Counted from the first letter of the stretch, positions 20,455 to 29,835 are shown. The stretch: DNA of 46,821 nucleotides from Candidatus Staskawiczbacteria bacterium RIFOXYD1_FULL_32_13 (GCA_001820485.1 MHPU01000026.1:17873-64693), one strand, 5' to 3'. The notes: generated from the letters alone by a model not told the origin. Numbers and translations: made by a program.

Positions 20455-20991
20455 TTAATAATTAGATACAAATAAAATAGGATCTAAATCAACGGTTATA
20501 CTAAATTTAATTTTCCCTGAATCCCACACAGAAGAATTCAAAATAGATATTTTTTTTACAAACTCATTTTTTTCAAAAGTAGAGATTTGCCTGCTTAAAA
20601 TATCCATATTACCCGATTCTCCAGTAAGAATAATTTTATTTTCTCTTTCAGATAAATTAATTCTAGAAAACCATACTTCAGGTAAAGTTTGGCTTTCTAA
20701 AAATGCAAAAACATTTGAAGTTGATTTATGATTGTTTAAAAATTTTGTATAGTCTGCAATTTTTTTTTGATACTTAAAAATAATTGCTTCTTTTTCTTTC
20801 TGCTCTGCTGTTCCAATTTGAAGCATTGAATCTTCTAAAACTTTGACTCTCTCTTTTTGAGAAGATATTTTAATTAAAAAAATAAAATAACACAAAATAG
20901 AAGATACTAAAAGAGATATTGCAACATAAAAAACAATATCAGAAAAAAGACTTTTCTCTTTAGTAAATTTTGATATAGAGTTTAAATCCAT
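20455..20991 (-). CDS. pilN: PilN-like protein
   Basis: TM plus coiled coil, LP.VWF..I..LTGES pattern; lies between pilM and pilO. Confidence 0.72.
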   Translation of the reverse strand: MDLNSISKFTKEKSLFSDIVFYVAISLLVSSILCYFIFLIKISSQKERVKVLEDSMLQIGTAEQKEKEAIIFKYQKKIADYTKFLNNHKSTSNVFAFLESQTLPEVWFSRINLSERENKIILTGESGNMDILSRQISTFEKNEFVKKISILNSSVWDSGKIKFSITVDLDPILFVSNY

Positions 20992-21108
20992 AATAATTTG
21001 CCTAATGGCCTTTCAAAATTAAATCTATTAAAAATTTTAAAGCGATTATATTATTTATTATACAATAATATAATAATTACAACAAATATTTAATTCACAC
21101 CTATATTT

Positions 21109-22194
21109 TTATTTCTTGTTATTATTTTTTAAACCTCCAAGAGCAACTCCAACTGCTACAGAAAAACCAGGTCCCATTTTTTTTAAATTCTCTTCAAGTA
21201 TAGGTGGGTACAAAAAATCAGAAAAACAATTTGGAAGCACTACCTTTTTTCCAAGACTTTCTTGAAAATATTCTTTCAAACCAGGTAAATTTGCAGTTCC
21301 ACCAGTTAAATAAATTTCTTCTACTTGCTTTTGTTCTCTTAAAAAAAACTCATTTGAAATATTTTTAATCTCCAATAAAAGTGGATCTATTAAGTAATAC
21401 AATGTTTTAGTTATTTCTTTATCTAAAGAAATAAGCCCTTTCTCATTTTTTAATTGTTCCGCTTTATCATTCGCAAGCCCCAAAGAAGATGCAATGGCAT
21501 AAGTTAATTGGCCTCCAGCAAAATTAAAACTATAACTCTTTTTTAAATCTCCATGGTCTACAACATTAATTGTAGTACTTTGAACACCAATATCAACTAA
21601 ACAGATTACTTTTTTTGTATCTTTAATCAAAGCTCTTGTAATAGCTGTTGCTTCAGCCTCTAACGCATACAATTCTAATCCTACTCCTTCTGCTACTCTT
21701 TTATAACCTTCAACAACTTGATTTGGAATTGCAATTAAAAATATTCTAATATTTGATTTTTTGTCCCCAGGAGTTCCACCAATTACTTTCCAATCTAAAG
21801 TTGTTTCTGAAATTGGCAAAGGTATATATTGAGGAGCATGATATTTAACAGCATCTGGAATCTCTTTTTCTGTCATTGGAGGCATTTCAAAAGAAATACA
21901 AAAAGTTGAATAATCAGGTACAGAAAAAATTACAGCCTTAGTTTTTATTCCAGTTTCTTCTAAAATTGCTTTAATAGCTCTTGAAATAAAAAAATCTGAA
22001 AGCATATAACTTGCTCCATCAAAAGTACGAAAAGGCTCTTCTTCTTTATAAAGAGAAACTGATTTTATTTCCCCATAATTTTCTAATGTTTTTCCACCTC
22101 CCCATTTTGAAATCTCAACAACTTTTATTGAAGCTGTTCCTATATCAATTCCTATTATTCTTTTTGGGAAAAACAATTCAAAAGGATTCCACAT
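21109..22194 (-). CDS. pilM: PilM actin-like ATPase
   Basis: IGIDIGTASIKVVE, VDIG, LTGGTANLPGL, AVGVAL. Confidence 0.92.
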   Translation of the reverse strand: MWNPFELFFPKRIIGIDIGTASIKVVEISKWGGGKTLENYGEIKSVSLYKEEEPFRTFDGASYMLSDFFISRAIKAILEETGIKTKAVIFSVPDYSTFCISFEMPPMTEKEIPDAVKYHAPQYIPLPISETTLDWKVIGGTPGDKKSNIRIFLIAIPNQVVEGYKRVAEGVGLELYALEAEATAITRALIKDTKKVICLVDIGVQSTTINVVDHGDLKKSYSFNFAGGQLTYAIASSLGLANDKAEQLKNEKGLISLDKEITKTLYYLIDPLLLEIKNISNEFFLREQKQVEEIYLTGGTANLPGLKEYFQESLGKKVVLPNCFSDFLYPPILEENLKKMGPGFSVAVGVALGGLKNNNKK

Positions 22195-22235
22195 ACTATA
22201 ATTTTTAATTTAAAATTTTTAATTTTTACTTACCC

Positions 22236-22263
22236 TTGACACAAGCTTGTTATCTGCTATAAT
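22236..22263 (+). promoter_or_regulatory. Consensus promoter with extended -10
   Basis: TTGACA(22236-41), 16 nt, TATAAT(22258-63), preceded by TG. Confidence 0.75.
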
Positions 22264-22268
22264 TAAAA

Positions 22269-22358
22269 TGTGCTTGTGGGGCGTCAGCCCTATTCGGCTA
22301 ATACATAAGCCGAAGGCAGGCATAACAAAGATATCCCCTAAACGGGATGTTTTTGTTT
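22269..22358 (+). ncRNA. Orphan ~90-nt three-way-junction sRNA with terminator
   Basis: P1 TGTGCTTGT/GCAGGCATA (3 G.U pairs on +), P2 GGGC-GTCA-GCCC, P3 TTCGGCT/AGCCGAA, then GATATCCC/GGGATGTT and a T-tract. Confidence 0.6.
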
Positions 22359-22364
22359 TAATTT

Positions 22365-22841
22365 TCAATCTTCATCGGGATTTCCTTTCATTGTTGGAAA
22401 CATTTTAATATCACGATACGAACTTGTAGCCCAGTCAGGAATTATGCTCCAAAAATGAGCTGATCCATCACCAATTTTCCTAATTATCACTTTTATTTTT
22501 CTTGTATCAATTATAGCAATAATCCCCCAATATTTCACTACTTTTGTTTTTCTAACTCTTTTCTTAAAACTTTTAAAATCAAATTCTTTTAAACTTTCCT
22601 CAAATTCCTGAAAAGTAGTAGATAATCTTACCAATTTTATAGCAAGTGGTAAAAGTTTAAATCTCAAAATTTGTGATGATTTTTCCCTTTCAGACCTAGA
22701 CCCCTTAAAAATTATATGATTAAATCCCTCAGCTGAAAAGCATATTTCTTGCGAAAGTGCAGGAGAGAAAATTTTACTAACAGAATTATAGAATTTTTGA
22801 CTATCTTCTCTTAATTTTTCGTAGTTTGATAAATCTTCCAT
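22365..22841 (-). CDS. Hypothetical protein, possible BECR-fold (barnase/EndoU/colicin/RelE) RNase
   Basis: I.F...GFNH.....R......R..LLP helical part followed by a beta-meander (YWGIIA..KIKVIIRK...HFWSIIP). Fold assignment is by pattern only. Confidence 0.5.
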   Translation of the reverse strand: MEDLSNYEKLREDSQKFYNSVSKIFSPALSQEICFSAEGFNHIIFKGSRSEREKSSQILRFKLLPLAIKLVRLSTTFQEFEESLKEFDFKSFKKRVRKTKVVKYWGIIAIIDTRKIKVIIRKIGDGSAHFWSIIPDWATSSYRDIKMFPTMKGNPDED

Positions 22842-22896
22842 AAATAACCTATTTTGTATTTTTATTTTAAGTTAATACTCATTAACCTAAATATTT

Positions 22897-24591
22897 TTAT
22901 ACAACTTCTTGTTGATAACAACTTTCACAATACACAATCTCTGGTATATCTGGTGCATAAGAAGTTTTAATTGCCCCTCCACATTTAGCACATTTCCGGT
23001 CAAAAATTTTCATTGAATTTAATTGAGCAATACGAGCATAATCTCGACAAAGTGGACATTTCAAAGGAATGGGAATATTCATTTTCTTATAAAAATCTAA
23101 TTCCATTTTTATAATTTTATAGTTTCTACCACATAATTCGCATTTTAAAATCTCTTTAACAAGTTCATCGTTAATATCTTTTATATGTTCTAAAACTTTA
23201 ACTGTTGCTTCAACATATTCTTTTGAATCTGAATCACGCCATAAAAATCCTTCTTTAATTACCTGTTCCTTAGTCAACGGGAACCACTCAAAAGCAGTAG
23301 ATTCATTATAAATCCATGGCGACATTTCTGGCGGCAACATTTCACCATAAAAATATTTTCTACCTAATGCATCAATATATGGTGCTTCTTGCATTTGTTT
23401 TTTAATTCGTTCAACAAGATCAAAATATTCTTCTTTAGTATACTGCTTATTTAATATACAATATTCCCCTTTTCTAACTCCAACACAACCAAACAAGTTT
23501 CCCGAGTTGTGGCAACCGAAACAATATTCAATATCATGTGCACTGTAATTCCACGAACCAAATTTATTATTATTAGATCCTAAGCCAGTCCAAGTACACT
23601 CATAAACCCACTCCGCCCCGTCTCCAAAAAAAGAAAAATCATAACATTTTGCAGCAGGTCCATCTTTAAGAAACTGACAAAATTTTAAATCTTCACCATT
23701 ATTAAATAAATAAGAATCATGAACATTTTTTGAGTTAGAAATGTATTCCCCTGATACATCAAAATTTTTCCTTCCTGAAAAAGCTTTTCTTGGCTGAGTT
23801 TTCATGAATTCTTTTACTTTTGCTTTAAAATCATTTACAGATTTTATAGTTCCAAAATCGAAAGATTCAAATATTTTTCTATAATCCTCTTTTGAATATT
23901 GCTCATTAAAAATACAATATTGTTTATTTCTTAAATTAATACACCCCAAACAGCTAGAGCATCCTGATAAATCCCTTGAAAACCAGACATTTTGACATTC
24001 CTCACAATTTTCAGAATAAAAAACACTGTAACTTTTATTTATCCTTATTGAATCATAACAAAGTTCCGAATGGTTTAAGAAAGAGCAATCAAAAGAGTTT
24101 TTGCCATCAACAATAGTATTTAAATAAGCAGAATCTTCACCACCCGTAATCCTAAAACAAAGATAACAATTTTTAAGATAAGAAGCAGCATTACAATAAT
24201 CACTATCAACCATAGTAGCATGAGCAGTGTAAAGCGATGGCAGTGGAACAGTTTTTAGCAACTCATAGTATTGCTCAAAAAATGATCTTGAAAAATCATA
24301 ATCTTTCCCATAATCTTTTGGGTCCCATTTGTCAGACCACCAAATATCCTGACGATACATTTTGTGTGGCGAGCTAGGATGATGTGTGGTAATAAGCATA
24401 TCTCCTGTAAAGTCGCATTTTCGTTTATACAAAATTCTATACCCTTGCCAATTTAGTCTTCTTTTTAAACGACACTCCGGACAAAAAGTTGGTGCAGGTA
24501 CTTTCATTTTTTCGTAGAATGCAAAATCGTCTGGCTCAATTACAAAGTCCTTTTTACAGTTTTGACAATTTTTTGTTTCTGCACTATTCAT
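22897..24591 (-). CDS. Large Cys-rich protein of unknown function (paralog 1)
   Basis: Terminal CxxC zinc-ribbon pairs (CQNC, CPEC, CELC, CPLC, CAKC, CESC). Central short Cys/Ser repeats and two YCI.N.QY.KE.Y modules. Confidence 0.8.
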   Translation of the reverse strand: MNSAETKNCQNCKKDFVIEPDDFAFYEKMKVPAPTFCPECRLKRRLNWQGYRILYKRKCDFTGDMLITTHHPSSPHKMYRQDIWWSDKWDPKDYGKDYDFSRSFFEQYYELLKTVPLPSLYTAHATMVDSDYCNAASYLKNCYLCFRITGGEDSAYLNTIVDGKNSFDCSFLNHSELCYDSIRINKSYSVFYSENCEECQNVWFSRDLSGCSSCLGCINLRNKQYCIFNEQYSKEDYRKIFESFDFGTIKSVNDFKAKVKEFMKTQPRKAFSGRKNFDVSGEYISNSKNVHDSYLFNNGEDLKFCQFLKDGPAAKCYDFSFFGDGAEWVYECTWTGLGSNNNKFGSWNYSAHDIEYCFGCHNSGNLFGCVGVRKGEYCILNKQYTKEEYFDLVERIKKQMQEAPYIDALGRKYFYGEMLPPEMSPWIYNESTAFEWFPLTKEQVIKEGFLWRDSDSKEYVEATVKVLEHIKDINDELVKEILKCELCGRNYKIIKMELDFYKKMNIPIPLKCPLCRDYARIAQLNSMKIFDRKCAKCGGAIKTSYAPDIPEIVYCESCYQQEVV

Positions 24592-24641
24592 GTTTTTAAA
24601 TTAACTCCTGTTTATGTTATTATACAATAAATAATACAATT

Positions 24642-25433
24642 ATGAAATATCAAAAGCTTGTGAATAACTCAAAAGATTTTTTACTGGACTTGCTGTTCCC
24701 CAAATTTTGTTTAAGTTGCCAAAAAGAAGGAACTTATTTGTGCCAAGACTGCCAACATCTTTTAGAAATTTCTGAATATAATTATTGCCTTTGCGAGAAA
24801 AATCCAGTTAAGATTTTTGGTAATCAAGTAAATGATCAAACCATTCGACAAGCTCATGGCAAGTGCTCTAGTTGCCAAGATAAAAAATTAGACGGTCTTT
24901 ATTTTGCACTTCCCTACAAAGAGAAAACTTTAACTAAAAAACTTATAAGAAATTTTAAATACAAACCTTATATTAAAGAATTAGCAAAACCTTTAGCAAA
25001 AATATTAATAGAACATTTTATTTTAACTAAAAAAAATATCAATGATGTTTGGGAAAATTCTGTTTTAATTCCTGTGCCTTTATATATAAAAAAACAAAAA
25101 TCTCGTGGTTACAATCAATCGGAAGAGCTTGCTAAAGAATTATCAAAAATTTTAAAAATCCCGGTTATTTCTGATTGTTTAATAAAAATAAAAAATACAG
25201 AATCACAAATGAAACTAAAAAAAGCCGAAAGAGAGAAAAATTTATTAAATGCTTTCACAATAACAAAAAACTGTGCGACATCGGAAGTCGCACAGTTTAA
25301 AAACAAAAAAATATTTTTAGTAGATGATGTTTACACTACAGGAGCCACAATGCAAGAGTGCGCTAAAGTTTTAAAAAATGCCGGAGCCAAACAAGTTTGG
25401 GGTATAACAATTGCCCGCGAAGAGTACTCTTAA
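24642..25433 (+). CDS. comF: ComF-family competence protein (double zinc ribbon + PRTase domain)
   Basis: LFPKFC..C, PVPL....RGYNQSE, LVDDVYTTGAT. Confidence 0.92.
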   Translation: MKYQKLVNNSKDFLLDLLFPKFCLSCQKEGTYLCQDCQHLLEISEYNYCLCEKNPVKIFGNQVNDQTIRQAHGKCSSCQDKKLDGLYFALPYKEKTLTKKLIRNFKYKPYIKELAKPLAKILIEHFILTKKNINDVWENSVLIPVPLYIKKQKSRGYNQSEELAKELSKILKIPVISDCLIKIKNTESQMKLKKAEREKNLLNAFTITKNCATSEVAQFKNKKIFLVDDVYTTGATMQECAKVLKNAGAKQVWGITIAREEYS

Positions 25434-25460
25434 TTCGCTCACACAGGTATGAGCGAACTA
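25434..25460. terminator. Hairpin between convergent genes
   Basis: TTCGCTCA-CACAGGTA-TGAGCGAA. Confidence 0.45.
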
Positions 25461-25880
25461 TATTTTCTCAACAGTTTTCCAATCACCATCAACCCAGAGC
25501 ATAATTACTTCTACTCCCAGATTGAAACCTTCCACGGTTTTTTTAGCTAATTGTAAGTGATTTATTTGCTCTTGTTTTTCTGTAGGATTTCCAGCACAAC
25601 CAAAATGCCCCACAATTGCCACTACTTTTGAGCCATGATGATGAGTTGAAATTTCAACTCTTTTTTTTATGTTTGCAATAATTAAAGAATCAGAATTATC
25701 AGCCAACCCTTCGACTCGCTCGGCTCGCTCAGGTTTTGCTAAAATCTTATTTGGACCAGGCTCAGTTACCATATCCACATAATCTACGCTATAATTTGTT
25801 TTCATATAATCTTTTACTGCATCTTGAACCCTGCCATCCATACAATTTATAACACATGCAAATTTTTTATCTGATAACAT
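25458..25880 (-). CDS. Beta-class-like carbonic anhydrase
   Basis: CMDGR and H..CAG zinc-ligand motifs. Confidence 0.75.
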   Translation of the reverse strand: MLSDKKFACVINCMDGRVQDAVKDYMKTNYSVDYVDMVTEPGPNKILAKPERAERVEGLADNSDSLIIANIKKRVEISTHHHGSKVVAIVGHFGCAGNPTEKQEQINHLQLAKKTVEGFNLGVEVIMLWVDGDWKTVEKI

Positions 25881-25934
25881 ATATTTTTTACCTGCCTACC
25901 GGCAGGCAGATTTTTAATAATAATTTTTATTTTT

Positions 25935-27614
25935 TTATGCTATTTTAGATTGATAACATTCAAGGCAAGCAATTTTCTCAAAACCAAGCTCTGGGCTGTA
26001 ATAATGCTCAATGTCTTTTTTGCAAAAACAACAATTTCCTTTTTGCAAAGTTATCATATGACTAAATGGTTTAAATCGATCTAAAGTACGCCAATCAAAA
26101 TGCCTGCGTGGCAGTGGTATACCGTGCTCCTTATAAAATGCCAATTCATCTTTTGTAATATTATAACTTAATTTTGTTTCAGGACACAAAATGCGCTGCT
26201 TTGTAATATCATCTTGAACCTGTTCAATGCTATCTGGCAAATCATTAGCTGAAACAATGCTTTCATAATGTTGCTCTATTGACTCATCCCATTTGGTGCC
26301 AAATTTTATAGCTTCTTCTTTTGTCATAGGAAACATCATATTAGCTAAAGACAAATTATATCCGCAGTAAGCTGAAGACAAAGGCCAAAACTTTCCCCAC
26401 TCTCCTCTGCTATTCATATCAGCTTTAATTTTCTCAACTAAACTTTCATATCCTTCTTTGGAATATTGTTTATTTAAAATACAATATTTTTTCTTTCTCA
26501 TTCCCACACAACCAAAACAATATTCGCATTCTTCACAATTATCTAGATAAACAGAATATCTACACGAAGTAGTATATAAATTACATATATTACCATATGC
26601 CCCAAATTGATCCATTGCACCCAACACGCATTTTTCACATTGAAAAGCGCCAACTGAATCAATTGTTTCCTTGTTGCCAAATCCCCTAAAAATATGCCGA
26701 CAATTTTCTGATTCTTGTAAAAAATAAGACCTGTAACAATTTTTATCATTTTCAAGAAAATTTCCAGAGGAGTTTGCTGTCTTAGAGTTGTAATCTTGTC
26801 TGTGAACAGCATCCTGCCCAATATGTTGCCAAAATTCTCTCTTTAACTCATCAACCACTTTTCTTGATTTCAAGTTATATTCTTTTAATTTATTTTCATA
26901 TTCTTCTTTAGAATATTGCTGGTTTAAAATACAATATTTTTGATTACGCAAATTCCAGCACATAAAACAATTTTGACAGTTCCTACAGTCATACAAAAAT
27001 AAGCTATCCATGCAATCACGCGAATTAAAAGAATATTTTAAATTATAGCTTTTAAAACAATATAGGCAATCGAATGAACGCTCTAAATCAAAACAAAAAG
27101 TTAGATCAACAGAATTCTTACACCTTACCAACCGATATCCATAAATATTAGACTCAGACCATCCAACCGATCTTGTAAGATATTGATCCTTTGATTCCCA
27201 AACATCGTCGGCCCAATCACAGTTTGTATTTTTAGCTCCAACTTGATGGGGGTGTGGAACTTTTGATTGAAGCTCAACAAGCTGGTCAATAAACGGATAT
27301 GAAGCATCATAATCTTTTCCGTATGATAATGGTTCCCAAGCATCAGAAACAAATTCCGAACGATCATAAATTGGAAAAAGCACAGACTCGGAAAGAACAG
27401 TTATAATTGTTTTTCCACTCAAGGCTGACTTTGTAATTCTAAATTTTCCATTCACCCAAAAGGCCAACAGATATTTGAACCTACATTCTGGGCACATTGT
27501 GGGCATTGGCAAATCCATTTTTTCGTAAAACGGAATGTCATCTGCCAAAATATCAAAACTTTTATTACACTTTTCGCATTGTTTTGTTACTGGATTCATA
27601 AAATTTTTTATCAT
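25935..27614 (-). CDS. Large Cys-rich protein of unknown function (paralog 2)
   Basis: Same architecture as 22897-24591 (CEKC, CPEC, two YCILN.QYSKE.Y, terminal CLECY). The start may be 27599. Confidence 0.8.
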   Translation of the reverse strand: MIKNFMNPVTKQCEKCNKSFDILADDIPFYEKMDLPMPTMCPECRFKYLLAFWVNGKFRITKSALSGKTIITVLSESVLFPIYDRSEFVSDAWEPLSYGKDYDASYPFIDQLVELQSKVPHPHQVGAKNTNCDWADDVWESKDQYLTRSVGWSESNIYGYRLVRCKNSVDLTFCFDLERSFDCLYCFKSYNLKYSFNSRDCMDSLFLYDCRNCQNCFMCWNLRNQKYCILNQQYSKEEYENKLKEYNLKSRKVVDELKREFWQHIGQDAVHRQDYNSKTANSSGNFLENDKNCYRSYFLQESENCRHIFRGFGNKETIDSVGAFQCEKCVLGAMDQFGAYGNICNLYTTSCRYSVYLDNCEECEYCFGCVGMRKKKYCILNKQYSKEGYESLVEKIKADMNSRGEWGKFWPLSSAYCGYNLSLANMMFPMTKEEAIKFGTKWDESIEQHYESIVSANDLPDSIEQVQDDITKQRILCPETKLSYNITKDELAFYKEHGIPLPRRHFDWRTLDRFKPFSHMITLQKGNCCFCKKDIEHYYSPELGFEKIACLECYQSKIA

Positions 27615-27654
27615 TTTCCATATTTTTTTATTTTTAATTTTAATAATATTAATT

Positions 27655-28962
27655 TTAGAAACTAAATTTCTCCCAATGTATATTAATATTATTTACTCCT
27701 AATTTTAAAAGCTGACTCTTTAATTTTATCATAAATGATGTGGGCCCACACAAAAATATTTCTTTATTTACAAAACCATTACTTAATTCTACAATTTTAT
27801 CTGCTGTGATTTGCCCTTTTTCTTCAGAGAACCAAGGCATTAATCTAAAAGACTTATTATTTTTTTCAATTTCTAATAATTCATCAAGTAAAATTGCTTC
27901 TGATTTATTTTTAACACAATAATATAGATCTGCTTTTTGATTTACATTGCCCAATCTTAAAGATCTTGCCATACTTAAAAATGGCGTTATTCCAATACCT
28001 CCCGCAATCCAAATTTGATTTTTATCTTTAAATTCTGTATAAGAAAATTTTCCAAAAGGACCTTTAATAAAAGCCTTCTCCCCCACTTTTAAATCTTTTA
28101 TTTTAGAACTATAATCTCCCAAAGACTTTATATTAAGCTCAATATTTTCTTTCTGAGAAATGGACGATACTGTAAATGGATGACTTTCAGAACTAATTCC
28201 TTTGCTTAAAAATCTCACAAAAACAAATTGACCTGGCATAAATTTTAAAGCATTTGATTTTGGAGATAATTCAATTTGTGTGATATTTTCAGTTAACTTA
28301 TTTACTTTACTTACATAATATTCTAAACCTTGAAAAAAAATTTTATCTGCCAGCAAATTATACAAACTTAAAGCTAAGGCAAAAAATGAAAATCCTAACA
28401 TATAATATCTTAAAAATAAATCCCTTGAAATATCACTTTCTATCATAAAACTATGCAAAACTGCGAAAATAAAAGCTAAGATCAAAAATCTATGAGAAAA
28501 AAGCCAGATTTGGTACTTTAACTTTATATAAAGCGTCAAAATTATAAGTAAAATCATTAAAGCTAAAGCATAAATCCCAAAGCCAATAGCATCAAACCCT
28601 CGTGGGATAAAAAATATTACAGCTGAATTTAAAGAAAATTGCAAGTATTCAACTACCAATAATAAAGGATGAAATAAAATTAAACAAAAACCAATAGCTC
28701 CAATCTTGCTATGAATATTTAAAGCATCTGGAAGACCAAAAAATATTTTATCTATAAATTTAAATTTACTACCAGTTATCAAACTTAAGGCAAACAAAAT
28801 CATCCCTAAAAGGCCTGTAATTTGCCCCAAACTTGTAGCTATAGCTCCAATATCAGCAAATCTAGAATTCAATGGTACAATAAAAAACCATCTTAAAACC
28901 GGTATTAGCACTAAAACCATAATTAAAATCCATCCAATATTTTTTTTAATATAATTATTCAT
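27655..28962 (-). CDS. Ferric-reductase-like TM flavoprotein (heme-b His pairs + FAD/NAD-binding domains)
   Basis: TM His residues, PGQF, HPFT, GPFG, IAGGIGITPF, CGP, E.F.F C-terminus. Confidence 0.88.
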   Translation of the reverse strand: MNNYIKKNIGWILIMVLVLIPVLRWFFIVPLNSRFADIGAIATSLGQITGLLGMILFALSLITGSKFKFIDKIFFGLPDALNIHSKIGAIGFCLILFHPLLLVVEYLQFSLNSAVIFFIPRGFDAIGFGIYALALMILLIILTLYIKLKYQIWLFSHRFLILAFIFAVLHSFMIESDISRDLFLRYYMLGFSFFALALSLYNLLADKIFFQGLEYYVSKVNKLTENITQIELSPKSNALKFMPGQFVFVRFLSKGISSESHPFTVSSISQKENIELNIKSLGDYSSKIKDLKVGEKAFIKGPFGKFSYTEFKDKNQIWIAGGIGITPFLSMARSLRLGNVNQKADLYYCVKNKSEAILLDELLEIEKNNKSFRLMPWFSEEKGQITADKIVELSNGFVNKEIFLCGPTSFMIKLKSQLLKLGVNNINIHWEKFSF

Positions 28963-29028
28963 TTTTTATATTTATTATTTTACTACATTTAGCAGGTAAA
29001 GAAAAGGCGCGTTGCAAAAGCGCGCCCA

Positions 29029-29217
29029 TCACTTCTCATCTTGTTTCCCTTTACGGCTATAATGTGTAATTATAACCTTTTCTTCCTCTCCCTCAGGAAG
29101 CTCCTCTGTTCTAGGCCATGGAGTTTTCCCTTGAGACTCATTTTTTTCATAAAACTTCCTAAGCCTATCCACTCTAGCAGGATTATGTGGCCGTGCTTCA
29201 TCTCTTGCTTTTGCCAT
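29029..29217 (-). CDS. Small hypothetical protein (62 aa)
   Basis: AGGGAG RBS, upstream -10, downstream GGCGCG..CGCGCC-TTTT terminator. Confidence 0.6.
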   Translation of the reverse strand: MAKARDEARPHNPARVDRLRKFYEKNESQGKTPWPRTEELPEGEEEKVIITHYSRKGKQDEK

Positions 29218-29270
29218 AACAAGCTCCCTACAAAAGTATAAAAGAACAAAAAAACAATTTATTTCACTTT

Positions 29271-29290
29271 AGGTTACCATATGGTAACCT
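29271..29290. promoter_or_regulatory. Perfect 20-bp palindrome, putative operator
   Basis: AGGTTACCAT|ATGGTAACCT, just downstream (minus strand) of TATAAAAT. Confidence 0.55.
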
Positions 29291-29402
29291 GATATTTTAT
29301 AATTAACTACGCGATATATGATAAATAACAAATAATATATAAATTTAATTTAATTTATTTTAATTTATTGTTTTACTTTACCTCTTTTGCCTTACAAATT
29401 CA

Positions 29403-29435
29403 ACCCTTCGATTCACTTCGTTCACTCAGGGCAAG
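29403..29435. repeat. REP-like palindromic repeat (CCCTTCGA..CTCAGG family)
   Basis: CCCTTCGATTCACTTCGTTCACTCAGGGCAAG; related copies at 24840-24863 and 25705-25735. Confidence 0.6.
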
Positions 29436-29530
29436 GCAAATAAGAAATGCAAGCAAAAAGGAAAGCAAAATGCTTCCCTTGCCACTCTGGCAATATTCCA
29501 GAGTGACCATTTTTTTCTCTCACCCCTACT

Positions 29531-29692
29531 CTAGGAGCGACGTTGACGCCGTGGCTTCCTGCCACGACGCTTCGAGGGTTGGGACAAATACGTCCCATCC
29601 TTAAGTCCGTAAAATTGCGCGTACGACACGGGACGGAATGTCCCCCGACGAGTCTGCAAAGACCCGACCCTTCCAGAAACCCTCGCCATCAT
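29531..29692 (-). CDS. Small Arg-rich protein (53 aa) missed by the ORF track
   Basis: MMARVSGRVGSLQTRRGTFRPVSYAQFYGLKDGTYLSQPSKRRGRKPRRQRRS. AAGGAG RBS, perfect upstream promoter, downstream hairpins and U-tract. Confidence 0.65.
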   Translation of the reverse strand: MMARVSGRVGSLQTRRGTFRPVSYAQFYGLKDGTYLSQPSKRRGRKPRRQRRS

Positions 29693-29835
29693 AACACTCC
29701 TTGCTCTTTTTTCTTCCTTGAAACTTGGTTTGCTAGGCGCTTTCTTGCACCACAGCGGAAAAAGAAACTCACTTAAGGAAATTTACAATTTAGATTATAA
29801 ACTTTCTTAAAAGGATTTTCAATATCTATAACTTA

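Noticed and set aside
22897..27614. Diversity-generating retroelement acting on the Cys-rich paralogs
   Set aside because: No reverse transcriptase in the window and no near-identical TR/VR pair with adenine-specific mismatches seen.
29368..29790. GC-rich block as RNase P RNA or tmRNA, or the + strand ORFs 29368-29604 and 29543-29776
   Set aside because: No GAGGAAAGTCC P4 motif and no tRNA-like ends. The promoter, RBS and terminator all support a minus-strand 53-aa gene instead.
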